This document shows positions 40,289 through 50,141 of a stretch of 64,000 nt of DNA, piece after piece. The notes beneath the pieces are model-generated. The model worked only from the letters and a program-made list of their open reading frames with translations. It did not search any database and was not told the origin of the DNA. Source of the stretch: Terriglobia bacterium (GTDB taxonomy: Bacteria > Acidobacteriota > Terriglobia > 2-12-FULL-54-10); NCBI GenBank assembly GCA_963666975.2, contig CAXVYR010000004.1, forward strand, positions 1,504,001-1,568,000, given 5' to 3'. The translations under genes and the position numbers were made by a program. Within the stretch, counting starts at the first letter, position 1. The number at the start of each line of letters is the position of its first letter.

Positions 40289-41638
40289 TTAATACCCATC
40301 GATCGGCGGCACCACTCCCCCCACTTCCAGGACGGGGATCGTCACAGTTTTGCCCGGATTGCTTTGCTTGCCGCCAATGCTCAGGACAATCGGAATAGTG
40401 CTCGACGTGCGGGTGCTCAAAGGCACAACTGCGTTGACCTGATTCAGACCGGCACAGCACCCAGCCAACCCGGCGAATTGAACGTCGGCATCAACACCAT
40501 CGATGGTCACTGTGACCGGCTCCACAGTTCGATGAGCCCCTAAACCAGTACTTTCCGGCAGAACGCCAGTTCCCACTGGCGGGTTCACTTGGCCGAGGCC
40601 CGTGCCGAAAATCACGATCACCTCGCCCGGCTGGGCGGGACTCTGGCCCGTGACCAGCGAGTTGTCTGCATGGAGGATCGCGCCCGCTCCGGATCCACCA
40701 GGGTTCGCTGTAAAAATGCCCGGCGAGACCGGGTCGATAAACACTGTGCGCGGAGTGCTGGTCTGGCCGTTCACCGTTACCTGGACCGAGGCCAAGCTGA
40801 CATCCGTCAACTCAGTGGGAATCTGGACGTTGAGCTGGCCCGGAGAGGCAGCGAAAATAGGCGCAGCAATCCCGTCAAACGTCACACCGGCTCCGGCCAG
40901 GGCTGTGGTCAGCTTGCCAGTGCTGGTGTCAATAAAGGTAGCTGCGGTCGTTCCATCGGTCAGATCACTTCCGAAGATGGAGACGATCGCGCCGGGCGCA
41001 AGCGGGTTGGGGTCCAGAGCAAAGCTGGCCCCATCGACCACTCCGCCGACGAACACCTCAGGCGGATTGGCTGAGACCTCCGGCGGTTGCGACGTGGCTG
41101 AGGCAGTATAGATGTTGTCTCCAGAAGGTCCGAAGTCGTTGTTGGCGCCATCGCCGGCGGCGTGGAAAATCACAGTGCCGGCGGAAACTTCCGGGGCCTG
41201 CCACATAAATTCGAAGCTCACCCCATCGGTTGTGCCCGGCCGGACCCCTGCAAGAGTGTGGCCGATGTACTGTATGCCATTGGAAGAACTCAGAAGCTGA
41301 GAACGGCCGTCAGCTCCGGGGATCAGATTGCCTGCCTGCTGGCCGGGCGGAGGGCTGTTTAGAATGCGGGCGCTGAGCTCAAATCCCCAGCTCTGGGCAA
41401 CAGAGTCGCTGACGGTGACACTGATCGGGAACGTGTCTCCACTGGTGTAAAACTCGGGGGCGGTGATAGTCACGCGGCCTGGACCCGAGTTCACAGTGCC
41501 GAAGTGACATACCGTGCAATTTCCCTCCCCGAACCCGTCTGTTCTACCCGCTGGAGGAGCCACGCGATTGGCAAAGAGGAGGAGTGCAATCGCGAAGGTC
41601 CCCCACAAAACACCCAACGTAGCCACTACCTTTTTTTT
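40289..41638 (-). pseudogene. Secreted Reeler-like/heme-c protein with an acidobacterial IPT/TIG-type C-terminal domain; first 7 codons displaced to 43809-43829 by the IS
   Basis: CTVCH; GFELSAR, WQAP, GD.IY; LAPGAIVSIFG, QLNVQIP, FGTGLG, GLNQVN. Confidence 0.75.
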
Positions 41639-41656
41639 GGGGGTTATATATTTAGC

Positions 41657-41685
41657 TTGACAAGATTCCGCAAATAGTTTAGAAT
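41657..41685 (+). promoter_or_regulatory. sigma70 promoter of the IS1595 transposase
   Basis: TTGACA-N17-TAGAAT overlapping the left IR. Confidence 0.7.
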
Positions 41686-41691
41686 GTAGCC

Positions 41692-42678
41692 ATGATGGAG
41701 GAAACAATGGCTACCAAAAAAGCTCCTGGAAAAGCGCACAGAAAAGGCATCTCCCTTTTGGAACTCAATCAGATATTCCCGACCGAGCAAGCTGCAACGG
41801 AGTGGTTTGAAAAAGTCCTGTGGCCTACGGAACGGTGCTGCGGTCATTGCGGTTCCGTCAAGACCAGCGAAGTCCCCAACCAGAAACCCATGCCCTACTG
41901 GTGCAAGGACTGTCGGTCTTATTTCAGCGTTCGCACGGGAACTACTCTTGAAAACTCCAGGCTCCCGCTCCGAAAATGGGCGATTGCCGTTTATCTGTAC
42001 GTCACACACTTGAAAAGCGTTTCCTCCATGAAGCTCCACCGGGATCTGAAAATCACCCAGAAGTCCGCTTGGTTCATGTTGCATCGTCTACGCCAAGCCG
42101 GGGATAGTAGCGGTCTGGAACCTTTCTGTGGACCGTCCGAAGCCGACGAAAGCTATTTCGGCGGTCGCCGCCGCAACATGCGAAATTCCCGGCGCAAGCA
42201 GTTAGAGGGTCGAGGAGCTTCTGGCAAAACCGCCGTGGTTGCCATCAAGGATCGCCCCACCAATCAGGTCCGTGCGCAAGTGGTCCAGGACACCTCCGGC
42301 ACAACGCTCCGAAAGTTCGTCACAGATAACGTCCAGCCAGGAGGCGAGGTTTTCACCGATGACGCGCTGGCCTATAACGGATTGGAGAACCACAGGTCCG
42401 TTCGGCACAGCGTTGGGGAATACGTCAGAGGACAGGTTCACACGAACGGAGTGGAATCGTTCTGGTCGATGCTGAAGCGGGCGCACAAGGGCACGTTCCA
42501 CCGACTGTCGCCTAAGCACTTGCAGAGATACATCAATGAATTTGCCGCCAAGCACAACGCCCGCAACCTGGACACCATGGAGCAAATGCAGATTGTAGTA
42601 GCCGGTCTGGTAGGACGGAACTTGCTTTACGAAGAATTGATTGCCGATAACGGGCTGCCTTCTCTGTCGAGGTCTTAA
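41692..42678 (+). CDS. IS1595-family transposase
   Basis: Zn ribbon CGHC...CKDC, EADESYFGG, FTD, HTNGVESFWS..KR, KHL.RY..EF. Confidence 0.95.
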   Translation: MMEETMATKKAPGKAHRKGISLLELNQIFPTEQAATEWFEKVLWPTERCCGHCGSVKTSEVPNQKPMPYWCKDCRSYFSVRTGTTLENSRLPLRKWAIAVYLYVTHLKSVSSMKLHRDLKITQKSAWFMLHRLRQAGDSSGLEPFCGPSEADESYFGGRRRNMRNSRRKQLEGRGASGKTAVVAIKDRPTNQVRAQVVQDTSGTTLRKFVTDNVQPGGEVFTDDALAYNGLENHRSVRHSVGEYVRGQVHTNGVESFWSMLKRAHKGTFHRLSPKHLQRYINEFAAKHNARNLDTMEQMQIVVAGLVGRNLLYEELIADNGLPSLSRS

Positions 42679-42702
42679 GCTCCCAGAAGGGGGAGGTTGC
42701 GG

Positions 42703-42996
42703 CTAGTTGCGCTTGTAAACTTGCCCTCTTACGTCAACATCAACAATGATGATTTTGCAGGACTCAACGTCTACGGAGTAAATTATCCGCCATCCACCGA
42801 CCCGGGAAATCCTTGTGCCATCTTTGCTTGCAAGGCTCTTGCTATTCGTATCAAGTGGGCTCTCTTTTATCTTTTCTAAGCGGCGCAAAACCCGTCTTCT
42901 GGTGTCAGAATCCTTATTTTTTAAGGCCTTCTCTGCCCGGCGGCTGCATTCTAAATGAAACGAATCACATTTCGATGGAGGCTTTGAGTTTTTCAA
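42703..42996 (-). CDS. RelE/ParE-family toxin (IS passenger; start uncertain)
   Basis: SRRAEKAL...SP...SK.L...RVGGWRIIY.V...R.QVY. Confidence 0.8.
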   Translation of the reverse strand: MKNSKPPSKCDSFHLECSRRAEKALKNKDSDTRRRVLRRLEKIKESPLDTNSKSLASKDGTRISRVGGWRIIYSVDVESCKIIIVDVDVRGQVYKRN

Positions 42997-43447
42997 AACT
43001 TATATTCTCGCCACGTTCCGATGCCGCTTTTGCGTCTGCTACCGCCGCTGACAAATCAACGTTAACGCTGAGTTCGTATACTTCTAAAAAGCTAACCATC
43101 TCTTCATCCGCAGATCGAATATTTCTGATGGGACGCGACGTTAGCATGTAATTCGTAAGACCCCTTCGTTCCGCTATCTTATAAAACTCCACCAAGGCAT
43201 CATGCAGTTTTCGCATTTCTTCAGACAGCTTTGTTATGTCTTCTGGACCAGATTTGTTTATCGAACTGTCGAGAACTCTCAGCAACCGGATCAATCGATC
43301 CGTCTTCCAGCTAATCCTCCACAGGGGGAAGGCAACCAACAGTTTTGTTGTGGCTGTAGCCTGGCGCCGGACCTTTACCGTTGAGGCCATCGTTGTATGA
43401 TAGCTAACTTCCCAATCATCCAAAGTCGCGGTTGCGGCGGACAACAT
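42965..43447 (-). CDS. Putative antitoxin, 160 aa (IS passenger)
   Basis: ATG follows AGGAG; directly upstream of and overlapping the toxin; C-terminal YELS...AV.DA.AA.ERGE.ISFEKL resembles a neutralising tail. Confidence 0.55.
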   Translation of the reverse strand: MLSAATATLDDWEVSYHTTMASTVKVRRQATATTKLLVAFPLWRISWKTDRLIRLLRVLDSSINKSGPEDITKLSEEMRKLHDALVEFYKIAERRGLTNYMLTSRPIRNIRSADEEMVSFLEVYELSVNVDLSAAVADAKAASERGENISFEKLKASIEM

Positions 43448-43448
43448 T

Positions 43449-43604
43449 TCAGGAACTCCTCTCTATGGCTTTTTCTTTCTTAACCCCATCTGTTTCATTC
43501 AGAACAGCGTCCCGCGTGGCACTCATGCGCTCCTCAAATACTTTGTTGATCGCTTTAGCCAGAATGTCCACCTTTCCATCCATTTTCCCATTTTTGGAGG
43601 TCAT
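43449..43604 (-). CDS. Small 51-aa hypothetical protein (IS passenger)
   Basis: AAGGAG RBS; MTSKNGKMDGKVDILAKAINKVFEERM...; stop lies 1 nt before the next ATG. Confidence 0.45.
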   Translation of the reverse strand: MTSKNGKMDGKVDILAKAINKVFEERMSATRDAVLNETDGVKKEKAIERSS

Positions 43605-44160
43605 GGATATTACTATCTCCTTTTTCGAGTTTCATGCGGTTAATGCAGATCCGTGCACATCCAGACATGTTTATCAGCATTACTATGGCAGTGTAGCCTC
43701 TACACTGCCATATGGGAAGAATATTATTCAACGAGGAAAGGACTTTTTGACTAGCCATAGGTTTCATTGTTCCTTTCCGTCAAGCTTAGTATATAATCCC
43801 CTTTTTTTCCTACTCAGCTTTTTCGCCATACCCCCCCCATTGAATTTACAAAACAGGCCAATTTGCCTTTTCTTGATTTATATATATGCCCGCCGGAACC
43901 CCGCCAACCGATTCTCAGGAGATACGATTACGCGCCAACCACTGCTATTGGATGCAACACGGCCTGGTTTCGATCCAGGATTTTAATGCACTGCTTTCCG
44001 CCAAACTCTCGTAAAGGTTTTTAACCTGACCCGTTAATCTGAAAACATGCTACCCTCCAGCCGGTATCCGGTCAAGAAAATTTTTTTCGCCGAGGAATGT
44101 CGCAGCGTTGCCCTGCGACTGGAGTAAATAAAGAGTTGGCGCAGAACTTGCCGGAGTCGT

Positions 44161-45096
44161 TCAACGGCGCTGGGCTACGAAGATGCCGGCCAGGATTAGC
44201 ACGGCCCCTATCCCGAATTTTGCCGTCAGGATGTCCTGAAAAAACAGGACACCCAGCACGGTGCCCAGCACGGGTTGCAGGTAGGCAAAAGCAGCAGCCC
44301 GGGATGCGGAAATCAAACGGAGCGAGTAATAGTAGGTCAGGTAGGCTCCCGCCGAGCCGAAGGTCGCCGAATAGAGCAGTCCGGACCAGCCGACCCATGT
44401 GATCTCGTTCCACGGCAGCTGGGTTAGCTCCCACGCCAGCAGCGGCAGAAACCAGAGAGCCGCAGCCAGGAAAGAGAGGGTGGTGAACTGAAGGGTGGGG
44501 TATGCCGCAACGAATTTCTTGCTGCGAACCGTGAAAAAAGAAAAACAGCAGATGGCCACGACTACGAGCAGGTCGCCCTGCCAGCTGGGACCGGGCCCTT
44601 CCGTCTTGTCGAGCGCCAGCAGGAGCACGCCCCCCAGCGACAGCAGCAGCCCGGCCATTTTCACGGGAGTGATTCGCTCCTGGCCCTCCCATCGGGCGAA
44701 CAGGAGAATCACCAGCGGACCCAGCGCGGCGACAAAAACCGTGTGCGAGACGCTGGTGTAGTTCACCCCGATCGTGAAAAAAAGAAAGCTCAGGGAGAGG
44801 CCGAACAGGCTGAATTTCAGAAAACTCCACCGCTCGCTTCCTCCGAGACGCAGGCTCCCGCCGCGCAGCAGATGGAGCAAAACCAGCGTCACGGCAGCCA
44901 GCGTGATGCGCAGCACGGCAGCCGTCACCTGGGGCAGTTCCTGCACTGCAAACTTCACCGCCACGACGTTGCTCGACCAGAAGAAAGTCGCCGCCATCAT
45001 GGTGAGGCCGGCCCGCAGAGGAAAGGGCGGCAAGGGCAGCAAGGAATGTTCAGAGCGGCCAGCGGCAGCTTCGCGCGGCCCGGTCGCATTTTTCAC
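44161..45096 (-). CDS. EamA/DMT-family transporter
   Basis: About 10 TM segments; FWSSN...VK, YLQPVLG; GTGA overlap with menC. Confidence 0.9.
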   Translation of the reverse strand: MKNATGPREAAAGRSEHSLLPLPPFPLRAGLTMMAATFFWSSNVVAVKFAVQELPQVTAAVLRITLAAVTLVLLHLLRGGSLRLGGSERWSFLKFSLFGLSLSFLFFTIGVNYTSVSHTVFVAALGPLVILLFARWEGQERITPVKMAGLLLSLGGVLLLALDKTEGPGPSWQGDLLVVVAICCFSFFTVRSKKFVAAYPTLQFTTLSFLAAALWFLPLLAWELTQLPWNEITWVGWSGLLYSATFGSAGAYLTYYYSLRLISASRAAAFAYLQPVLGTVLGVLFFQDILTAKFGIGAVLILAGIFVAQRR

Positions 45097-46199
45097 GGGA
45101 AGGTTTCCTTCCGCACGGTCAGCTTCTCGATCCGGTCCTGCCGCAGCTCGTAACCGAAGCCGGGGCCCCCGGGCACATGGATGGTTCCTCCGGGCGTAAC
45201 CTCCACCTCGGGGGTGATTACATCCTGCTGCCAGTAGCGCCGGCTGGCGGAGACATCTCCCGGCAAGGTGAAATTGGGCAAGGTGGACAGCGCAATGTTG
45301 TGCGCGCGGCCGATCCCGGACTCGAGCATCCCTCCGCACCACACCGGAACGCCGGCATCGCGGCAATAATCATGAATCCGGCGCGCCGTCCGGAAGCCGC
45401 CCACCCGTCCCAGCTTGATGTTGACCATCCGGCATGCGCCCAGCTCGACAGCCTGCTCGGCATGGCGCAGGGTGCGTATGCTTTCATCCAGGCAGAGCGG
45501 CGTTTCCAGCTCCTTCTGCAACCGTGCATGATCCAGCAGATCGTCGTGCGCCAAGGGCTGCTCGATCATCATGAGATAAAAGCGGTCCAACAGCTTGAGG
45601 TGCGCGCGGTCCGCAAGCGTGTAGGCGGAGTTCGCGTCCGCCATCAAACGGAGGCTCGGGAACTGCTCCCGCACACGCTCCAGCACGGCAAGGTCCCATC
45701 CCGGCTTGATTTTGATCTTCACACGCTGGTAGCCGGCATCCACTTCTGCGCGGATTTTTTCGAGCAGCTTCTCCACGCTCTCCTGAATGCCGATCGAGAC
45801 CCCGCACGGAATTTCCTTTCTGGTTCCCCCCAGCAAGGAGGCAAGCGAACGGCCCGACAGGCGGGCTTCCCAATCCCACAGGGCTGCCTCCAAACCCCCC
45901 TTGGCCATCCGATGTCCCCGGACCGGCTCCCACCGCTCGGAGGCATCGGCAGCCGAGCGAACCGGATTCCGCAGCAGTTCCGGGACAAGAAATTTTTGCA
46001 GCACATACCAAGCCGTGTCCGTGCTTTCCTCATTGTAGAAAGGGCCTTCCCCGGCGGTGACCTCTCCCCACCCGGCGGCGCCCTCCCCGGCAACCTCCAC
46101 CAGGATGATCCGGCGGTCCGTAGTGAGCCCGAAACTGGTTTCAAACGGGGCGAGCAACGGCATGCGGACTTCCCGCAGCGTGATACGTTCTATGTCCAT
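45093..46199 (-). CDS. menC: o-succinylbenzoate synthase / N-acylamino acid racemase
   Basis: PFETSFG, KIKIKPG, DANSAY, EQPL, DES, NIK.GRVGG, WCGGMLE, PGDVSAS.RY. Confidence 0.9.
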   Translation of the reverse strand: MDIERITLREVRMPLLAPFETSFGLTTDRRIILVEVAGEGAAGWGEVTAGEGPFYNEESTDTAWYVLQKFLVPELLRNPVRSAADASERWEPVRGHRMAKGGLEAALWDWEARLSGRSLASLLGGTRKEIPCGVSIGIQESVEKLLEKIRAEVDAGYQRVKIKIKPGWDLAVLERVREQFPSLRLMADANSAYTLADRAHLKLLDRFYLMMIEQPLAHDDLLDHARLQKELETPLCLDESIRTLRHAEQAVELGACRMVNIKLGRVGGFRTARRIHDYCRDAGVPVWCGGMLESGIGRAHNIALSTLPNFTLPGDVSASRRYWQQDVITPEVEVTPGGTIHVPGGPGFGYELRQDRIEKLTVRKETFP

Positions 46200-46409
46200 T
46201 CTGATCCTGCCGTCCCGGCTGGCGGCACTTTCTTCAGCATTTTCATCAACCCTGTCGATCAACCGGCCTTGCCCTTACCGGCCTCGCATCCCAAAATCCA
46301 AAGCTCTAATTATCTCGCATTCCATTATCGCCTAACCCAACGGACGTTCTGCCACTGTATGCCATAATAATAAGGAAGCAGCGGGAGGAAACTCAGGACC
46401 CCAATTGCT

Positions 46410-49157
46410 ATGAAACTGGAACCGCAAAAAATACTGCATCGGGCGGAGGAGCGGCTGGGGGAGTTGTCCCAGGCCGACGGCGAGGAAACACTGCGCCTGT
46501 TGCGGAGTTTTTTGCGGATGGAGTCCCACCGCCTGCGCATGCTGCATCGCTACGGGCTGGGAGGCATGGAGATGGCGATGGCGCGCAGCCAGGTTGTCGA
46601 CGCGCTCATCGCGCACCTGTACCGCTTGGCGATGGAGCGCTTCCAGACCCGCCCGCCTGCAAACCGCCAGGATCGCGCCGAGCCGGCCGTGGTGGCAGTG
46701 GGCGGCTACGGGCGCGGGGAACTCTCGCCGCACTCGGATGTGGACCTTCTGATTTTATATGACCGCTCCTCGGTCCATTTCGGGCGGTTTTTGGCCGAAG
46801 AGCTGATCTATTTGCTCTGGGACATCGGGCTGAAGGTGGGACATAGCTGGCGCACGCCGGAACAGTGTTTGGAGCTGGCCCGCCAGGATTCTACGGCGGA
46901 AAATTCTCTTTTGGACGCGCGCTGGCTCACCGGGGGACGCGAAGTTTTCGCGGCTCTGCTCACCCTGATGGACCGGCACTGGACGGCGAATCCAAGAAAG
47001 TTTGTGGAGCGCAAACGGGCTGAACTGGAAGAGCGGTACGGGAAGCTGGGTGAAACCGTTTTCTTGGTGGAACCGAACGTGAAGGAATCCCCCGGGGGCA
47101 TGCGGGATTTCCACGCCATGCTCTGGCTGGCGCAGGGATGCTGGCATGCCGGAGGCGGGCGCGGGCTGGTCCAAGCCGGCATCGTTTCGGAAAGAGACTG
47201 GCAGCGCGCGGAACGCGGCTACGACTGGCTCTCGCGGGTGCGAAACGAATTGCATTACTCGACCGACCGCCGCGCCGACCAGCTGACGCTGGCTTTGCAA
47301 GAGGACGTCGCGGCCGGGCTGCGTTACCGTCCTCAGAAGCATATGCTGCCGCCCGAAGCGCTGATGCACGACTACTTTCAGCACGCCGACAACCTCCATC
47401 ATCTGTTGCGGTTGGTGCTTTCCGCGGCGGTGCAGCAAAAGGGAAAACTGCCCCGGCAGGTGCTATGGGAATTCCCCGGCGGCCTCCAATTGATCCGCGC
47501 CGACGGGGAACTACGCCTGGCAGAAACCACTCAGGGCCGTTTCCCTTCCTCTCCGCTCGAGATGATCCGCGTATTCAGCGTAGCTCAGGAACAGAGCCTG
47601 TCGCTCGGAGAAGATGTCAAAAAAGCCGTTCGGAATCATCTCTCCATGATCCGCCGCGACTGGCAGCGCAACCCGGAAATGAGCAAGGAGTTTTTGCAGA
47701 TGCTGCGCCGTCCCGGCCGCGTGGGAGCGGCGCTCCGCGCCATGCATTCCTGCAGATTTCTTGGAAAGTACCTGCCCGAGTTCGCCCGCATCACCTGCTT
47801 GATGCAGCATGACTACTATCACCGCTACACCACCGATGAGCACACCCTGCGAGCGATTGAATTGCTGGACACGATTTGGCTCAAGCCTCCCCCATCCCTG
47901 GAGCGCTACCGGGACCTGATTTACCACATCGCCGACCCCGCTCCTCTGTACCTGGCCTTGTTGCTGCATGATGCGGGGAAAGGGCTGGGCGGCGGACACT
48001 CGGAAAAAGGAGCGCAGCGGGCCCATGTGATCGCGACACGCCTGGGCATGTCGGAAAAAAAGGCCGCGCAGGTGGAGTTGCTGGTGCGCCACCATCTGGT
48101 GATGGCGCACCTCTCGCAGCGCCGGGACCTTTCCGACCGGCGGGTGGCCCGGCAGGCGGCGGAGTTGCTCGGCGACATGGAAACCCTTTCGATGCTCTGT
48201 CTGCTGACCTACGCGGATACCGCCGCCGTATCCCCCGAGGTGTGGACCGAATGGAAAAACACTCTCCTGTGGGAGTTGTACGGCAAGGTTCACATGGAGT
48301 TTCTGGGACTGGAGGCGGCCAGCGTCCGGGAGCGGGAGAGTCTGCGGGAAATCCGCTTTCGGGTCCAAAGTCTTCTGCAAGCTCCGCCGGAACCGGAGGC
48401 TGGCGAGGCTCCGCTTGCTCCCGCCACGGCCCAAAAACTCATGGAGGAACACTTCTCCCTCCTGCCGCCGCGTTATCCGCTGGACCACAGACCGGAGTTG
48501 ATTGCGCGGCAGATTCTGCTGGCCGAACAAGCTCGCGCCACCGGCCCGGCGGTCGCTTTTATTCCCGTCCCGGAAGAGGGCAACACTCTGCTGCTGTTGT
48601 GCTGTCCGGATACCGCCGGACTGTTTGCCAAGGTTACCGGGACGCTGGCGGCGCTGGAGGCGAATATTTTGGGGGCGCGCCTGGACACTCGCCAGGATAA
48701 CTTGGCCGTGGATGTCCTGTCGATTTCAACCTCCAGAGGCGAGGCGGTATTAGATCCCTCGTGGTTGCGCCGTATTCGGGAGACGGTGGAGGGCGTTTTG
48801 AAGGGCGCGCTTTCTTTCGACGACCTCGTCACACGGATCAATCCCGATCCCCTGGCTCCCACTCACAGGCCCCCGAAGATTGTCCTGAACAATGAGGTTT
48901 CCGAAAAGTGTACAGTGCTGGAGGTGCTGGCCGAGGACCGTCTGGGATTCGCCTTTTCCGTTGCAAAATGCCTCACCGATTTGTACCTGGACATTGTGTT
49001 TGCCAAGCTGTCCACGGAAAAGACTATGGCGTTTGATGTTTTCTATTTGAAGGACGCGGCTGGAAACAAACTTCCCGAGAGCCGCTGGGACGAGGTCAGC
49101 TCCCGGCTGGAAACGGCGCTCCAGATTACGCCCCAGCAGGAAAGCCTGCGGCCGTAG
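46410..49157 (+). CDS. glnD: [Protein-PII] uridylyltransferase
   Basis: GGYGRGEL.P.SDVD, EPNVKE.PGG.RD, YHRYTTDEH, LLHD.GKG, C-terminal ACT domains. Confidence 0.96.
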   Translation: MKLEPQKILHRAEERLGELSQADGEETLRLLRSFLRMESHRLRMLHRYGLGGMEMAMARSQVVDALIAHLYRLAMERFQTRPPANRQDRAEPAVVAVGGYGRGELSPHSDVDLLILYDRSSVHFGRFLAEELIYLLWDIGLKVGHSWRTPEQCLELARQDSTAENSLLDARWLTGGREVFAALLTLMDRHWTANPRKFVERKRAELEERYGKLGETVFLVEPNVKESPGGMRDFHAMLWLAQGCWHAGGGRGLVQAGIVSERDWQRAERGYDWLSRVRNELHYSTDRRADQLTLALQEDVAAGLRYRPQKHMLPPEALMHDYFQHADNLHHLLRLVLSAAVQQKGKLPRQVLWEFPGGLQLIRADGELRLAETTQGRFPSSPLEMIRVFSVAQEQSLSLGEDVKKAVRNHLSMIRRDWQRNPEMSKEFLQMLRRPGRVGAALRAMHSCRFLGKYLPEFARITCLMQHDYYHRYTTDEHTLRAIELLDTIWLKPPPSLERYRDLIYHIADPAPLYLALLLHDAGKGLGGGHSEKGAQRAHVIATRLGMSEKKAAQVELLVRHHLVMAHLSQRRDLSDRRVARQAAELLGDMETLSMLCLLTYADTAAVSPEVWTEWKNTLLWELYGKVHMEFLGLEAASVRERESLREIRFRVQSLLQAPPEPEAGEAPLAPATAQKLMEEHFSLLPPRYPLDHRPELIARQILLAEQARATGPAVAFIPVPEEGNTLLLLCCPDTAGLFAKVTGTLAALEANILGARLDTRQDNLAVDVLSISTSRGEAVLDPSWLRRIRETVEGVLKGALSFDDLVTRINPDPLAPTHRPPKIVLNNEVSEKCTVLEVLAEDRLGFAFSVAKCLTDLYLDIVFAKLSTEKTMAFDVFYLKDAAGNKLPESRWDEVSSRLETALQITPQQESLRP

Positions 49158-49400
49158 ACCGGAAACTCCGCCCGCTGGCCGGGGTGTGGCATTCCGAGCC
49201 TGCCTGCGGTCCAAAGGACCTTCGATCCGGCGGGCCGCGCGTGCCTGTCCCGAGCCCTTCGGCTCGGATTGAAGGTTATTCTGACTCCTGCGTTGTGTCT
49301 CCTCCCACCACTTATCACTCCTCCCTGCGGTAGCATTCTTCCAAAATACCTCCTGATAATTCCAATTAGAGCAAATTCATAGTTGCTGTATAGCCCGCAG

Positions 49401-49457
49401 GTAGGGCAGGCATTCCTGCCTGCCCTGGAGAGGACAGGCCTGGAGGCCCGTCCCTAC
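49401..49457. repeat. GTAG-type REP-like pair
   Basis: gtagggcaggcattcctgcctgccct and ggacaggcctggaggcccgtccctac in inverted arrangement. Confidence 0.6.
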
Positions 49458-49658
49458 TTTGGCGGCTGCGCTACACCAACCCTAAAAATGGCTTAGTCGC
49501 CCACTTGGCGTTCTGTGTCCGCTTGCTTGCGCGCGCGGCTCGGACTATACACAAACTGTGAAAGCTCTAGTGAGGTTAGGCAGGGTAAGGACCCCCGCTT
49601 TCCGGCAGGCAGAGGTCCCTTATCAAATGGAATGGAGAGCCGGGGGCAGGCAGGAAGA

Positions 49659-49997
49659 CTACAGAGCCTGCTCGCCGCGGTCGCCGGTCCGAATGCGGAG
49701 GACGTCGCTCACGTCGCTGACGAAGATTTTGCCGTCGCCGAACTTGCCGGTCTTGGCCGCTTCCTCAATGGCCTTGGTGGTTTCAGCCACTTGGTCGTCC
49801 CGGATCAGGATGTCCAGCTTGAGCTTGGGCTGGAACTCGGCCTTGTATTCCACGCCGCGATAATGCTCCGCGTGTCCCTTCTGGCGGCCAAAACCGCGGA
49901 CCTCTGACACGGTCATCCCATGAACATCCACTTTATCAAGCGCCTCACGAACTTCTTCCAGTTTGTGGGGCCGAATAACGCATTCCAGTTTCTTCAT
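49659..49997 (-). CDS. glnB: P-II nitrogen regulatory protein
   Basis: GFGRQKG...YRG.EY (Tyr51 kept), TGKFGDGKIF, RIRTG; 112 aa; glnB versus glnK not resolvable. Confidence 0.93.
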   Translation of the reverse strand: MKKLECVIRPHKLEEVREALDKVDVHGMTVSEVRGFGRQKGHAEHYRGVEYKAEFQPKLKLDILIRDDQVAETTKAIEEAAKTGKFGDGKIFVSDVSDVLRIRTGDRGEQAL

Positions 49998-50141
49998 GTG
50001 TGAAGCTCCCAGCGGTTTTGTGCCTCCCGATGAGGCCAGGATTCGACGGAGCCCCGCCGGCGGGCGGGGCCCCACATGCTTTCTCTCTTTCTCCAACAAC
50101 AACTTCTCCAGCAGGACCACTTTCCGTAAAACTCTGGAGAA

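Larger units (their letters stand above)
41639..43801 (+). mobile_element. IS1595-family element with passenger genes (2163 bp)
   Basis: 23-bp IRs GGGGGTTATATATTTAGCTTGAC / GGGGATTATATACTAAGCTTGAC (3 mismatches); flanked by T8 and T7; removal restores MAKKLSRKKKVVATLGVLW in frame. Confidence 0.9.
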
